From: Laetmonice hystrix
Taxonomy: Eukaryota
Direction of reading: 5' to 3'
NCBI GenBank assembly: GCA_965235115.1
Contig: OZ249436.1
Span: 30,320,001 to 30,384,000 of the forward strand
DNA length: 64,000 nt
The notes beneath the pieces were generated by a model. The model did no database searches. It saw only the letters and a program-made list of their open reading frames with translations, and was not told where the DNA came from. Position numbers and translations under genes: made by a program. Of this stretch, positions 1 to 13,275 are shown in pieces; within the stretch, counting starts at the first letter, position 1, and the number at the start of each line of letters is the position of its first letter.

Positions 1-1050
1 GTACAACAATTACACGACTTTCCCCGACCAGTCTCAGGACTTGTTTTGCGACTAGAGCTGATAGCACGACCAGTCGCATCGTCATGCGAGACAAGTCGTG
101 CGACGGGCCCTTACCACTCGCACGTAAAGCCTAGGTCCCACTAGGACCTGCGATTCCCTGCGATTAGTTCAGTCGTGCGACTAGGGCTAGTCGTGGGTAG
201 TCGTCCATATTTCTTGCGATTTGAATGTACCGGTCACATTGTAAGACCAGTCAGGAGACCTAGAAGACCTTACCCCGCTGATTAGTCTTGACCAGTGGCA
301 GAAACAACGCAGGACAACTCACAGGTAGTCATACGAGTTGTCCTCCAGTTGCACGACTTGTCTTCCTTCTTCCCCCGCCTGGTCGTCCACCCAGGTCTGG
401 TCGCACGACAGGTCGTGCCAGTGGTCGGAGACAGTTGTGCGATTGTCCTGCGACAAAAGTTTCCTACGTACATGTCACCCATGACAATGAACCAGAGATT
501 TGTGCCCAAACCATCGCACGACCATCGCAGGGCAACTGATGACTAGGTTGCGACAGGATGCGACAGGATGCGACAGGATGCGACTACTTCAGTCGCAGGC
601 AGGTTGTTGCACATGATCAACAACCTCCCTGCGATGGATTTTGGTCGTGCGACTATGGAGGACTACCCACGACCACCCAGGCCTTGTGGCAGAACCTTGT
701 CGTACAAAAGGACTGGTCGCGGGTAATCGCAGGTTCTAGTGGGACTGGGGATTTACGACAGTTATCTGCGACGAATCGTTGGGTCGGAAGAAATCTAGCA
801 GCGCTAGATTTGTCACGATAAATTGTGACAGACAAATCGTCTCAGACAAATTGTCGTAACGTGTGTCACCGCCCCCCCCCCCCTCCCACATGCAGTCGTT
901 ATTCGTATGTTCCTCGTCCAATCAGACCGGTCTGTTTGGATCATGTGACTGGTCGGTATAATCGTCGTAACGTCTATCACCCCCTTCCCCGTCGTCGTAG
1001 CCGACAAATAATATTATTGTCGGCGACAAAAAAATCGTAACGTGTAGGCC
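1..1050. mobile_element. Right-hand part of a non-autonomous DNA transposon, PIF/Harbinger-like (left end outside window)
   Basis: About 1 kb saturated with short GTCG(T/C)/(A/G)CGAC motifs on both strands, ending abruptly at ...AAAAATCGTAACGTGTAGGCC (1050). A GGCC..CAC-type terminus with dense subterminal motifs resembles Harbinger-type non-autonomous elements. The partner TIR is not visible, so the superfamily is inferred. Confidence 0.5.
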
Positions 1051-1494
1051 TATCATGTGCTTCATTGTATGATGTGGTATATCTCTGCAATGAAGGTAGT
1101 CACGGCATGACGGCCGCCGGTCGGGACGTGTGCCCGCCTTCCCGTCATGAGTCAGTGACTGCAAAATGTATAAATAATATTGGCAGCGACCGGTTCAGGG
1201 CTCCACTTAAGATTTTTCCCCCTCACTAATGAAGAGACTCTGAGACAAACTATATGTATCTTCGTGTCTACTGTTATAACCTTAGGCATCAAGTTAGACG
1301 TTTTTTATTGGTTTTCGTACAGGCTTCTATGGATATATCTTAGTTATACATTTTAATGTATCATATATTGTCTGAAATTCTTTCAGAATAGAACACATTG
1401 GATAAGGAGACATAGGCCTACGTACATTTATAAACTGTAAAAGATCAAGCCCATGAAGACACCTGACTCCCCCTCTTTTAAACTCTCTTTTTCT

Positions 1495-1997
1495 CATTTA
1501 TGTGGCCTTTTAAGTAGGGCAACCCTCAATTGTAATACCTCAAATGCAATGGTCCAATAATCCTGCAAAGTCTCCATTCTGCTATCGTTATTATGTCAAG
1601 GGGTTTAATCCAATGAGGTCCACATGCCAGTGACGGATCCAGGGGGTTGGGGGTTATACCTCCCTGGCAACCATGCATTTTTTTCTTTAGAATTTTCTGA
1701 ATTGACCATGCTGAGCCCCCCCCCTAGAATATTCTTCACCTAACCCCCTCCCTTACCAAAATCCTGGATCCGCCCCTACATGCGACTGTGGACATGTAGT
1801 AAAGACAGAACGCGAGTTGTTCAAGATTTGTACCATTTCTCTCTAATTTGTGTGGCCTTTGGGGCAGTAACACACAAAATGCAATGGTCTCTGTCGCTGA
1901 GTCCTATAATTCTGCAAATTCTTCATTCTGCCATCGTTCTATATTATATAAGTGTGAAGGATTTTAATCCAATGAGGCAGACATGCGACTATGGACG
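1495..1997. repeat. Diverged local tandem duplication (~150-200 bp); copy 1 is interrupted by a MITE
   Basis: TGTGGCCTTT..AAATGCAATGGTC..CTGCAAA..CATTCTGC(T/C)ATCGTT..TTTAATCCAATGAGG..ACATGCGACT(G/A)TGGAC occurs at ~1500-1627 plus 1779-1793, and again uninterrupted at ~1850-1997. Confidence 0.75.
1628..1778. mobile_element. MITE of CAG..CTG family with 5-bp TSD (hAT5-like)
   Basis: Imperfect TIR CAGTGACGGATCC / GGATCCGCCCCTA. CATGC flanks both sides (1623-1627, 1779-1783). The paralogous empty site at ~1982 has a single CATGC. Confidence 0.75.
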
Positions 1998-2419
1998 GGA
2001 GTTTGGTAAAGGCATGAAAGCGAGAGGTGGTCGTGATTTGTACCAGTATAACCAGTGACAAACTGGATCCCGTATATACTGACTCGATCGCGTTCCAGTA
2101 ACCGGTTATGCAAATGGCCGCCAGTGACTTCAATCTGTTTGGCGAGTCTGGCTCCGAGGCTTGTGGCTCAGCTCTATATGTAGACCGAACAAATTCGGCC
2201 GTCTGGAACCCGTGGGCATGCGCAGATCACGTGGTTGGACATTTGTAATTCCAACTGTTGGATTTATCGGAAGACCCGATAATTATGATGGTCGTAGGTC
2301 TATAGGCTATACATCTATGACTCTCGATTCGAGCATCATAATATAGTTTTGCAATATACAAATAATAGTTTTTTTCTACATAGAGAAGCATGGATAGCCT
2401 AATTACATGCAGATGTTAT

Positions 2420-2691
2420 CAGGCACGGATCCGGGGGGCGCAGGGAACACGTGCCCCCACCCCCCACCCCCGCTTCAGTTGGCCGAGCAATTTTTTTTTT
2501 TTTTCAATTCAAAAACCGCGGCATTATAAGATCGTGTTACATTATTTGGCTGCTTGAATAAATGATGTTCCTTTAGTTCAAATATCGTTGTTGTTATCTC
2601 AAGTAAGAAGTTCAAGATTAGTTTTAATGAATGCTAATTCTTAAAGTCTGTGATCCCCCTCCCCCCTTAAAAAATTCTGGATCTGTGCGTG
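2420..2691. mobile_element. MITE of CAG..CTG family (hAT5-like)
   Basis: TIR CAGGCACGGATCC / GGATCTGTGCGTG; flanks GTTAT / ATTAT (4/5); G-run and C-run subtermini as in other copies. Confidence 0.65.
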
Positions 2692-3609
2692 ATTATTGAT
2701 TGTCAACACTTACTGTAGGCCCACATACAGATCTAGGCCAAGGGAAGCAGCTTGGCCCCCGATTGATCCTTTTTTTTAGTTTAGCCTGATCCCTATTCCA
2801 TTATGGTTGCCACCTCTTGTAGATTCAAATAGAAATATACCGTAGCGATACATGCATGACTATACTGTGACCGGTCCCCCCCCCCCCCCCCCCCCGGTCA
2901 ATTTGGCTTCGAGGTTCTGTTGCAGAGGATATATATCGAGTGAGATTTCGGTGTATGTGTAGGCCCCTGTATGTGGGAGGGGGTAATATAGGAGGTGAGC
3001 CGGTATTCCCAACCTAATATACGGTACGTCGTGTCCCACCAGACCGCGGTCTGATAAACGTCAGGGGAACCGGCAAGTTAAGGGGCCATGGACGGGACTC
3101 TTATTAAAATCACAAAGGAGGGCAACAGGTAAGCAACCGCCACGGGTACATTGGCGGCGACGGGAGCGGCGGCGGCGGCGGCGGGAGTCGTGCAGGTATG
3201 GGATGCTAGAGTCGGTCAGCGGTGACGGGCAGACAACCGTGAAAGAGGGTGCAGCCTATAGCTGCTCGCGCCGGTGCTGGTTACCTGGGCTGGCCGAGCA
3301 GGCAGACAGTCGATCAGTCAGCTCCGTGACCCGCTGCCGCTACTGTAGGCGGGCCTGCATGCATGCAGGCTGAGCGGCGGCCGGTCGGGCCCGGGGCATC
3401 CCGGACGGCCTGCGCTGAGGTCTAACGACGGGAGTCCAGCAGGACGCCCGCACTGGACCATGCTTGAGGAGTCAATCACTGGGAGACCTAGGGCGACCGG
3501 CCGAACGGTAGTCCATATACACAATCTGCCCCACCCCTCACCGACTACAGGCGGTGTGGCACCATCATCTGGCAACACGAACTCCAGCACGTCAAAGTTG
3601 TACCTGCTG

Positions 3610-3760
3610 ACTTGGAAGTTGACTGCACATTATAAACAGGCCTAGACGGAGAACTTTGATGTCTGGAAGTCGAGTCATTAAAAATGTATATGAGAGGAAA
3701 CGAAAAAAAAAGAGGGAGCTGCATGCGCTGTTCGAAATGGGAGGTGTCGACAAATCGGTG
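3610..3760 (+). pseudogene. Possible decayed MADF-like segment downstream of a GC-rich island
   Basis: Manual translation LTAHYKQA*TENFDVWKSSH, then after frameshifts KMYMRGNEKK / RELHALFEMG. Loosely fits the MADF pattern LIxxYxxxxxLWxxxxxxYxxxxxK. By eye only. Confidence 0.25.
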
Positions 3761-4568
3761 GCGGTGTCTGGTATAATAGCTGGCCCTCAGCGTATAGAGC
3801 TGCGGATCCTTTACGACTCATGACGTCGGGTGACCTCCCAAAGGTGAGAGTCTATTTCATCTCCAGGTATGGAGGATATTTTAGTTGTCCTCACAATACT
3901 AAAACGACGTATATTATTGTGGTTTATAGGCATCAAGGTATTATATCGTGGTTTTAAAGCTTGTGAGGTTTAGTGGTTTGTATTATAAAAGCTCATAATA
4001 GAGTTTATACTCAAGGAAAGTGATCAAAAGGATATACAAAATTCTGTTAACCTCTATCCTAAACACACAGGACTATATGCAACAAGTCAGTCGCGACATT
4101 TGATTCATATAAGATATACAGTCTTCTCTTTTGTGAAAAGATGCATATAGAGGGCGGACGCTCAATTCATGTTATTTTCCTTTAACAAACATCACCTGGT
4201 AACCCAAAAAGAAAATCACAAAACCGTGGCAAAAACAAATCTTTTGATGTCAAGTCTTTCTTCCATATGCTATCAACTGTATTTAATACGGAATTCTTAA
4301 TAGGCTGCATTGCATATACATGCAGGCATGTGCAGGCGTGTATACATACTCTATCCAAATAGGTGTATAGCAAATATAAGGTGATTTTATTCGTGAACTT
4401 GCATCCACATCTAATTGTATATTATTTGTATAGGCTATATGTGTGGCGGACTGTATACCAAATGTACTGCATGTATACACCATAAGAGTGAACCTATAGG
4501 GCCTATAATGACAGGCATGCTTGTCATACTCCCCATGCAGTGTTGAACAACCGGCTTCTTAATCTGGA

Positions 4569-4665
4569 TGTTTATATAGGCATATAATATATGCCTATAT
4601 AAACACCATATAACATATAACACCATGCAGGGACAGGCATATTATGCCTGTCCCTGCATGGTGTT
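4569..4665. repeat. Two adjacent perfect palindromes with 1-nt loops
   Basis: TGTTTATATAGGCATATA-a-TATATGCCTATATAAACA (18-bp arms, 4569-4605) and AACACCATGCAGGGACAGGCATA-t-TATGCCTGTCCCTGCATGGTGTT (23-bp arms, 4619-4665). Confidence 0.92.
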
Positions 4666-4679
4666 TGCTCACATGCACA

Positions 4680-5000
4680 CAACTTCTCCGACCGTTGTCA
4701 GCATACACGTGCCGATCCGACGCCATTTAAGTAGTTATAACGACCTTAAAAATTAGTCGGGCGGAGTCGGTTCGGTGTACGCTTTCCCGACTACACACCC
4801 AAGAGTACTCTGGTTGGGCCTTTTCGGACAAGTCCTGGTTTCTGCTGCATGGTGACGTACATCTTGTCACCGACAGCCTTGCTCATCCCACAGCTAAACT
4901 AGTCGGGACGTTGGCCCGACCCCCTACAGCAAAGTATAGACTGGACCTGACTCTGCATGGTAGAATTGTGTCGGGTCGGTAGGTGTATAGTGTGATGGCC
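4680..5000. mobile_element. Terminal fragment of a Harbinger-like non-autonomous element
   Basis: Cluster of GTCGG/CCGAC motifs ending in GTGTATAGTGTGATGGCC (5000), the same style of terminus as at 1050. No matching left TIR found. Confidence 0.4.
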
Positions 5001-6044
5001 TTCAGAGGAGTGTTACCTGTGAGTACCAACATCAGCAGACGTCACTGTGACTGAGTTGGTGGTTGTTGGAGGGGGGGGGGGACGTGTAAAGCTCCGCTGG
5101 TGACGCCCGGCTGGAAGAACGCCTTGGCCAGCCAGGCGGACACACGACTGACTGCCCCCCGGCGGTGGCGACCACCACCACCGCGAACTGCTCGCTCGCG
5201 TCGCTCCCACTGCGAGTCGCGCTACGTGTCCAATTAGAGGGCAATGCGATTAATCAGGCGAACAACGCTAATTGATTTTTAATGGAACGATTGGTCTGAG
5301 TGTCCTTGCTTACCGTGATGCAGACGGCATGCTTCAGTCTGATTAACATTCCATCAGACGTCCGCTTTCTGTCTTCACGTTTCCATGGGGAAACAGAAAT
5401 ATATTCAAATCCCTGATCTCAATTTCACGAGGCTATGCCTCAAAGCTCCCACATAGCTAAAGATATTCAGAGCATGACAATAATTTACCGCACGACCCAC
5501 TTTCATTCATAATTATACATAACTAGTTGAAATCTCACTGACATTTCACTGGTCATGGCCTATTTCCTTAGGATCCACGTGCATACATGGCCATATAGGG
5601 ACATAGCGTGGGAGTAGGCTTGTTTGAATTATAATAAGCCTACATTGGACATGCAGAGAGAACAAAATACACTCACACCATTGATTGGTGTGGGAGAGAG
5701 GACATTCTAAGTGGAAGTCTAAGTGGAAGTTACTCAAAAGGTCATTCCCCCCCCCCCCCAATCGAATCAAAAGGTCTCGCCGTACATGTTTCACCGCTTG
5801 ACCAGTCTGACTGAACGTTTTAAGTTGATGGGGAAAAGGTAGTCGTCATCTTTAACCTAGACCCGATACCGTCGAGACGCAGCCTGCTGTCCTACAGGTT
5901 CATGGTGACAAGTCAAGGTCACGTTCTACCCGACCGTCGGCCGCGCTGGGCGCAGCTTTGTATTGAGCCATGCTCACGTACAAACTAACGCTGTTACACT
6001 AGACTAGACTCAATCAAATAAATAATGAACAGGTGCAGGATGAC

Positions 6045-6789
6045 AGGGACAGTGTACCTTCAGCGCTAGTCTGAGTATGACAAGTGTCACAAATCACGCC
6101 GAGTGAAGGGACAGTGTACCTTCAGCGCTAGTCTGAGTATGACAAGTGTCACAAATCACGCCGAGTGAAGGGACAGTGTACCTTCAGCACTAGTCTGAGT
6201 ATGACAAGTGTCACAAATCACGCCGAGTGAAGGGACAGTGTACCTTCAGCACTAGTCTGAGTATGACAAGTGTCACAAATCACGCCGAGTGAAGGGACAG
6301 TGTACCTTCAGCGCTAGTCTGAGTATGACAAGTGTCACAAATCACGCCGAGTGAAGGGACAGTGTACCTTCAGCACTAGTCTGAGTATGACAAGTGTCAC
6401 AAATCACGCCGAGTGAAGGGACAGTGTACCTTCAGCACTAGTCTGAGTATGACAAGTGTCACAAATCACGCCGAGTGAAGGGACAGTGTACCTTCAGCGC
6501 TAGTCTGAGTATGACAAGTGTCACAAATCACGCCAAGTGAAGGGACAGTGTACCTTCAGCGCTAGTCTGAGTATGACAAGTGTCACAAATCACGCCGAGT
6601 GAAGGGACAGTGTACCTTCAGCACTAGTCTGAGTAGGACAAGTGTCACAAATCACGCCGAGTGAAGGGACAGTGTATACCTTCAGCGCTAGTCTGAGTAT
6701 GACAAGTGTCACAAATCACGCCGAGTGAAGGGACAGTTTAGGCCTACCTTCAGCACTAGTATTATGACAAGTGTCACAAATCACGCCGA
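6045..6789. repeat. 62-bp minisatellite, 12 copies
   Basis: Unit AGGGACAGTGTACCTTCAGC(G/A)CTAGTCTGAGTATGACAAGTGTCACAAATCACGCCGAGTGA starting at 6045, 6107 ... 6665, 6729. Near-identical; the last two copies carry insertions at the TA. Confidence 0.98.
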
Positions 6790-6899
6790 GGTGTACTAGA
6801 GTGCCAACTTCGCACATGCATATAACGTTGGGAGTTGGGTGTTTTCTTTTTTTTTGGGGGGGGGGGGGGGCGTTACAAGTCCGTCGTATATGCGGTACA

Positions 6900-9800
6900 G
6901 GTTATATTATGGCTATACCCCCTCATCGTCAACCCCGAACTTTCCCATACCCCTCCCTGACCCAGGTCACATCAGGGGGTTGGCCATGTGACCCGACATC
7001 ATAATACCTTACCTGGCTGTATTTGTTAACATTATCGATGCCGGTGTCTCCCCCCTTTCTTTGATGACTATTCACTGTGATGCCATCATTAATTTCAATT
7101 AATTTGACAGACGCCATTGACGCCCTCGCATAACTGAGTAAAGTTCGGAAGTGTGTCGTGAAACGTAGACTTCTCCTTCCATTCAACAGCTTGTTTAAAA
7201 TGGGGTCGAAGGTCGGTTCTATCGCTGACACGGGCGCGTCCTTGAATTTCCCGCCCTCCGGCGTCCTAAGCATTGTGCACAATAGCGCCATTTTACTGTC
7301 TGTTTGAAGCCCCTTCCTTTGAATGCGTTAAGAATACCTTGTTAATGACGTTTCTATATTGTTTGCAAGGCTATACGTTCGCTGCAAAGAATCCATCTTT
7401 GTAAACTACATTAGAGTGTTCCTCGGTCGGTACAATGAACTTCAGTGGAAGGGAAACATGTATTGTGTTATATAAGACAACAGTGGCTAGGTCGGGAGTA
7501 CCTCACGGGGCTCCACTCCCGACAATACCTCACTCAATAATGACCAACCTGGACAACGCTGACATCCCCGTCCACACAACATAAACATGCATTCAACATT
7601 AAAGGAAGCTTAGATTAGGTTAGCAACACGGCCTGGCCATCTAGTGGCCATCTGACTGACCCTGCTGTGAAGGACCAATTATAAAAGGACACTATGCCTG
7701 ATTCTAGCCGGGGCATCAAAACACCCCAACCCCAAACCGGTTTCAACCCCAACCCCCACCCTATCCCAAGAAAAGAAAAGATGTAGTATAGACATGTGTA
7801 AAAAGACATCGAGGTAACAGCAGTTTATTTTTTTAACAGTATATTCAAAAATTATCATCTAATTCTGAACACTTGCTTTCGCTTCGTGAATTTTAAAACT
7901 CTTCAAAGGCGCCGAGAGATATCCAATCAGAAAATAATTTATCAGGGCTCGGAGATTCTCTCAAATTCTACAAGAGGGTTGATCTACTTGTGTCATTGTA
8001 CACGTCTTTATTAGACCTGACTGAGATAGACCACACGTCGCGTTCAGATCTAGTTCTCATAGAGTTCTGTCTATGAGAAGTAAAGTTGGATGACCGCATG
8101 CAGGATCACGTACAATCTCGCGGAAGGAACGCGATGTCAAGAGACTTTCTATCACGGTACAGCATGCAAGGACATGATTCATGAAAGTATTTGACACTAA
8201 ATGACGCCCAATCGTTGGCCTGTCATAGACTATGGCAGCGTTTTCCGGGTTTTGCGGTTTTACTATTTTTAGCCCACTCGACCGACTTCTCCAAAGGAGG
8301 CTGTAAGAAGTACTTCTTTAATTATCGCTGAAAACTTTTTCACCCTTTTTCATGATTTCGTTGTTCCAAAGGGCTCGACACTTGATAAGGTCATTTGTGC
8401 TGCAAAGCTGCCTCTTTGTCCTCTGTTCAATTGGTCGTGAATCAAAGCATTCGTATGATGACAGAGCCGCGCATGCAGCTGTTTAGCTGAAATTCGTCTC
8501 AATCTCGGCCCAGAGCATTTACGTTTAGATTGGGGTTATGGAGGACATCTGTTTGTGTATTGAGACGTGCAAAGCATGTCTGATAGACTCCCTCCCTCCC
8601 TCCCTCCCTCCCTCCCACCTCGTGGACTTATCAGGACACCCAACGGCCCCGCTTCTCACCGCACTGAAGGCGTCTTATGAACCTGTCAAGCCAAATTGTT
8701 GAGACGGTCTCCATGTGATTGTGTTTCGGTAACATGCATTTAGGAGGATATCGGCAGGTGTTGGTTGACTATAGCTCCAACCCGGGCCATGCTTTAGGGG
8801 GGAACCACGCACACACATTGGTAGTGAATACGGATGAGCGCTGAGACTGTGGCTCCATTTATAATCTTTTCTCCTGTCACTGCATCTGAGATATAAACGA
8901 CTACAGAAACTATAGGGTCCGGAGGGGGATGTAAAGGAGACAAAGCTGAACAATCAGCTAGATCCGTGTTGTTCCTTCGTGTCCTCAATGTGTTCTTCAC
9001 CTTAAACATATAAGCTCCTATAACTTCATAAAGAATGACACCCGTTTTGCCACCTGGTGTTTTCAAAGGCCGTTTCATCCTCCCCGCCAGTGTTTCAGCA
9101 GCCAATGGGACATCAGCGATGTGCATGGGTTTCAGCCGTTCCCACAAAGCCCGATTTCGTCTTTCAGAACGTCCAACGTTAACCTTTTGTGGTACAAGAA
9201 AGGGAACTATTTGGCAGCTTTATATAATACAATTATATTTCCGTGAATCACGGATGATTTGATTCTTGATTTGTGGAACAAGTCAAGTGAGCAAATTGTG
9301 AGTTTATCAGTTATCACAAAGGGGTTGTCACCCTGTGTTGGTCAGATTAATGTTTCAAACGTACAGACGTTCGCACTGTGCCCTGATATTGACACTGAAA
9401 TACTAATAGTCGAACATAAATCAGCAACCTTTCCTCATAAATAATAGTTGATGAAAAGAAACCTTATCGTTTTGGTATAATGAATAAAAGTCATTTGGTG
9501 ATACGAAACTTTTTAAGAAACCAGCCGATTCAGAATACTGTATTAGTGGACCAAAATAATGGTATCATTATGTCTCTGTCCTTGAACCTGTCCTAAGGTG
9601 GCAATTAATCGCGGATATGCCCCAGACAATGACTTTATTCTTACGCTGTTTCATAGGACACGCAAGGTTTTGCTGCCAGGGGCGTTAGTCCCTTCCCCAG
9701 CCATGCAGTGAGCGCAACGTCTGGTCGTTCACCACAAAATTGTTGAGTGGTTAGACTCTGATACATTCCTGTGTAAACTCAGTGTACTATTTGATTTACC

Positions 9801-10800
9801 TACTTCACAATTTTTACCTAACGTCTCAAAGGGTCGGGTATCAAACAGAATGTCCTGTTCTCCGGGAGGTTTCTGTTCTTTTCTTTTTAAAAGGACATTT
9901 TACTTAGAATTTGGCAGATTGAATGGGTATTTTCATAGAATACATAGGATTTTTGGCTATTTATTTAGATGCAAATTTAAAGTTGAAAGAACTATATCTA
10001 TTTCTAACCGCGTTTTCGCGGCATTTTCTAATACAAAATACGGGGGGACATGTTCGATTATACTGGCGCCCAGACAAGACATAGGCTATTATATATGTAC
10101 CTCTGGCGATGTACCTTACCTCAGCCAACTAACCACAAACCAATTCGGTCTCGTACCTTTGGCAAACCGTCCTACATGCTTCCACGCATGCATGTGTGTT
10201 AGGCTGTTGGTGTCGTATAGCATACCGACCACCAACCACACATGTCTGACCGCCGCTACCGTACTAGTTAAACATTTGGACACCAATGTCGTCTGCCTTG
10301 GCTGCTGCCCCAGTAGCCTCTTTTGGTTCTGCTAACTCTGGTTGCACGCTTTAAAATAACGCTCTGTAAAGCCTCCACTGGCGTCTATGCGGCTCAGGGA
10401 AAGACTTTGCACTCTGCCATACATGCTTTAAATATTACAATAGGTGTTTCCTCCGCTGCCACGACAGCTATGGACCCCTCGCCTCTGAAAAATATCGCCT
10501 GAGTCACCCACTCGGCAGCCCCTGGCCAGGCCAGCTTTAACGAGCTGATCGGATCCTTATGCTCACAATAAATGAACGTTATATTAGGAGGAGCTTGCTG
10601 CAAACATTGCATGAATCGTCTCTGATCACCATTCCCCCGCAGTGAGAATGTAATACTGTATGATGATTTGAAGGTCGTTAATTGAGCAACCACAGGCCCC
10701 TTTGAACCGTGGATCTGTATACATGAGTGTTATTTTGAGGGACTTTTGACCGTTTCAATGACATGCAAACTCGTCAACGTCAGTTGAGGTCGACGTATTA
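6900..10800 (-). pseudogene. Block of decayed, intronless coding-like sequence of unrecognised family
   Basis: Minus-strand ORF remnants 6929-7291, 8794-9147 and 10394-10693, plus manually read frames (e.g. from 10082 MSCLGASIIEHVPPYFVLENAAKTRLEIDIVLSTLNLHLNK*PKILCIL*KYPF...) with protein-like composition broken by isolated stops and frameshifts. Minus-strand AATAAA at ~7824-7829 follows one frame. No motif recognised. Confidence 0.35.
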
Positions 10801-11467
10801 TGTTGGTTATGGACGTTTGGAAATTGTTAAAAACAAACAAGATTTGAACAATATAATACTCCAATGACATCTCCTATAAAGGCTCTCCGACACAGTATAT
10901 CTCTACATGAAATTAAGTAGATAATAAAAAGCGTAACTTTTATGATAACATATATATGATATATCTTTAATTGCATCCCTTATTTCTTAGGCAAATTCAC
11001 AAAACTGTTGTATTGGCTGAATTTTTGGAAACTTGTGCTGGGAATGGCGGCGGAGGAAATATGAGAAAGGATGCATAATATGCTCTTACATATCATTGAT
11101 AGCGGTAAGCAACTTTTCTGTTCACTTTCTTCAAAGAGAACTTGTACAAATGAAAACAACCTTTCAAATAAAGGGGTTGCTTATGCTACACAGGACTGCC
11201 TCTTTCTATAGATGCCTCTCTCTGTCTCTCTGCATGTCTCGCTCTCCGTTTCTCTGCATGTCTCTCTCCCTCTGTCCCTATCTCTCTCTTTCCTTCTCTA
11301 TAATATTTAAAAGTGTTTGATATGAGGTGGTTTGGTTGAACACTGCAGTGGGGGTAGGTTACTGTCATATCAGTGAGGTGTATACATTATTGTATCGGGG
11401 CTTGCATGTGTCCTGCCTTTAAATGATTTGTGCTACATGTGACGTGATCCGTCTGATATAGAGCGGC

Positions 11468-12350
11468 ATAACACATCTAACTCTAACTGCACCGCCATTT
11501 CCAATTCCTTCTATGCACCTATATAACACGTCTAACTCTAACTGCACCGCCATTCCCAACTCCTTCTATGCACCTATATAACACGTCTAACTCTAACTGC
11601 ACCGCCATTTCCAACTCCTTCTATGCACCTATATAACACGTCTAACTCTAACTGCACCGCCATTTCCAACTCCTTCTATGCACCTATATAACACGTCTAA
11701 CTCTAACTGCACCGCCATTTCCAACTCCTTCTATGCACCTATATAACACGTCTAACTCTAACTGCACCGCCATTTCCAACTCCTTCTATGCACCTATATA
11801 ACACGTCTAACTCTAACTGCACCGCCATTTCCAACTCCTTCTATGCACCTATATAACACGTCTAACTCTAACTGCACCGCCATTTCCAACTCCTTCTATG
11901 CACCTATATAACACGTCTAACTCTAACTGCACCGCCATTTCCAACTCCTTCTATGCACCTATATAACACGTCTAACTCTAACTGCACCGCCATTTCCAAC
12001 TCCTTCTATGCACCTATATAACACGTCTAACTCTAACTGCACCGCCATTTCCAACTCCTTCTATGCACCTATATAACACGTCTAACTCTAACTGCACCGC
12101 CATTTCCAACTCCTTCTATGCACCTATATAACACGTCTAACTCTAACTGCACCGCCATTTCCAACTCCTTCTATGCACCTATATAACACGTCTAACTCTA
12201 ACTGCACCGCCATTTCCAATTCCTTCTATGCACCTATATAACACGTCTAACTCTAACTGCACCGCCATTTCCAACTCCTTCTATGCACCTATATAACACG
12301 TCTAACTCTAACTGCACCGCCATTTCCAACTCCTTCTATGGCACCTATAT
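11468..12350. repeat. 55-bp minisatellite, ~16 copies
   Basis: Unit ATATAACACGTCTAACTCTAACTGCACCGCCATTTCCAACTCCTTCTATGCACCT every 55 bp from 11521 to 12291, plus a partial first copy; almost invariant. Confidence 0.98.
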
Positions 12351-12384
12351 ATTGGCACGTTATCTATTTGATTGGAAGGTCCTA

Positions 12385-12495
12385 AATGGACCTGATGTCC
12401 TCAGGGGCTGTCTGCTATAGTCAATCTTATGGGAGATATACAGACAATCGGTCTCAGATGGTAAGTTCCAATGTCACATACAATATATTCCAAAG
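12385..12495 (+). pseudogene. Possible short decayed non-LTR retrotransposon ORF2 fragment (region just N-terminal of RT)
   Basis: GPDVLRGCLL*SILWEIYRQSVSDGK, then frameshifted SNVTYNIFQ. Resembles the LINE motif GPD..L..C....L..I...S...G..P..WK.ANV.PIFK. By eye only. Confidence 0.25.
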
Positions 12496-13275
12496 TTGGG
12501 CATCTATGCCCCCACCCCACCCCACCCCATCCTATATACCAAACTTCACCACCTCCCTGCCCGTCTCGCCTCGTGCTCCACCTGAAAGGCCAATACGTGA
12601 TTAGAATACCAGACCTTTGTAGAATCACCGAGTCTATGACCTCGCCACTATTTACATTTAGGTGAAGGATTCTCTGCCGACTGTGTGACATATCTATAGT
12701 CGTGGTATATATAGCGGAACGGGCGATGTAAATCTACAAGTCCATTGATCACGGTCGGTCATTGTCACGATAATTGTGATGTTTTGACTGATTATGGCCC
12801 TGAAAAAGTAAATGACGGGGTCCGTAGTGGCCGTGATAACGCTGCGATCATATCGTTGGCATTTCAAATGGACGCTGGCACAAGGAGAAGAAAGGTTAAT
12901 GCGGCTAGATGACTATAATGGTCGCAAGGATCACTGAGATATTTAATCGTATATATGTCAGTTATTATTATACTTTCACGAACAATTATAAATTTTAAGA
13001 CATTTTAATGTTAAGTATATGTTTTTGGATTGTCATATATGGTTTTGAACAATTTTATTGTTGTTTCCTTATGATGAAAACGTTATTTCAACTGCGCAGG
13101 CATGCTGGTAAGGCGGCTCTCCGTAAACATCGAAATATGGTAATGCAAACATGCATGTGAATGTTAGACACACACACACATGGGGTTCCACACGAATATT
13201 CATACGCCAACACACGTGCGCAGTGAGCTAACAAAAATTTAAGGTTGCATGCATACGCACAAGAAAATAGGCCCT

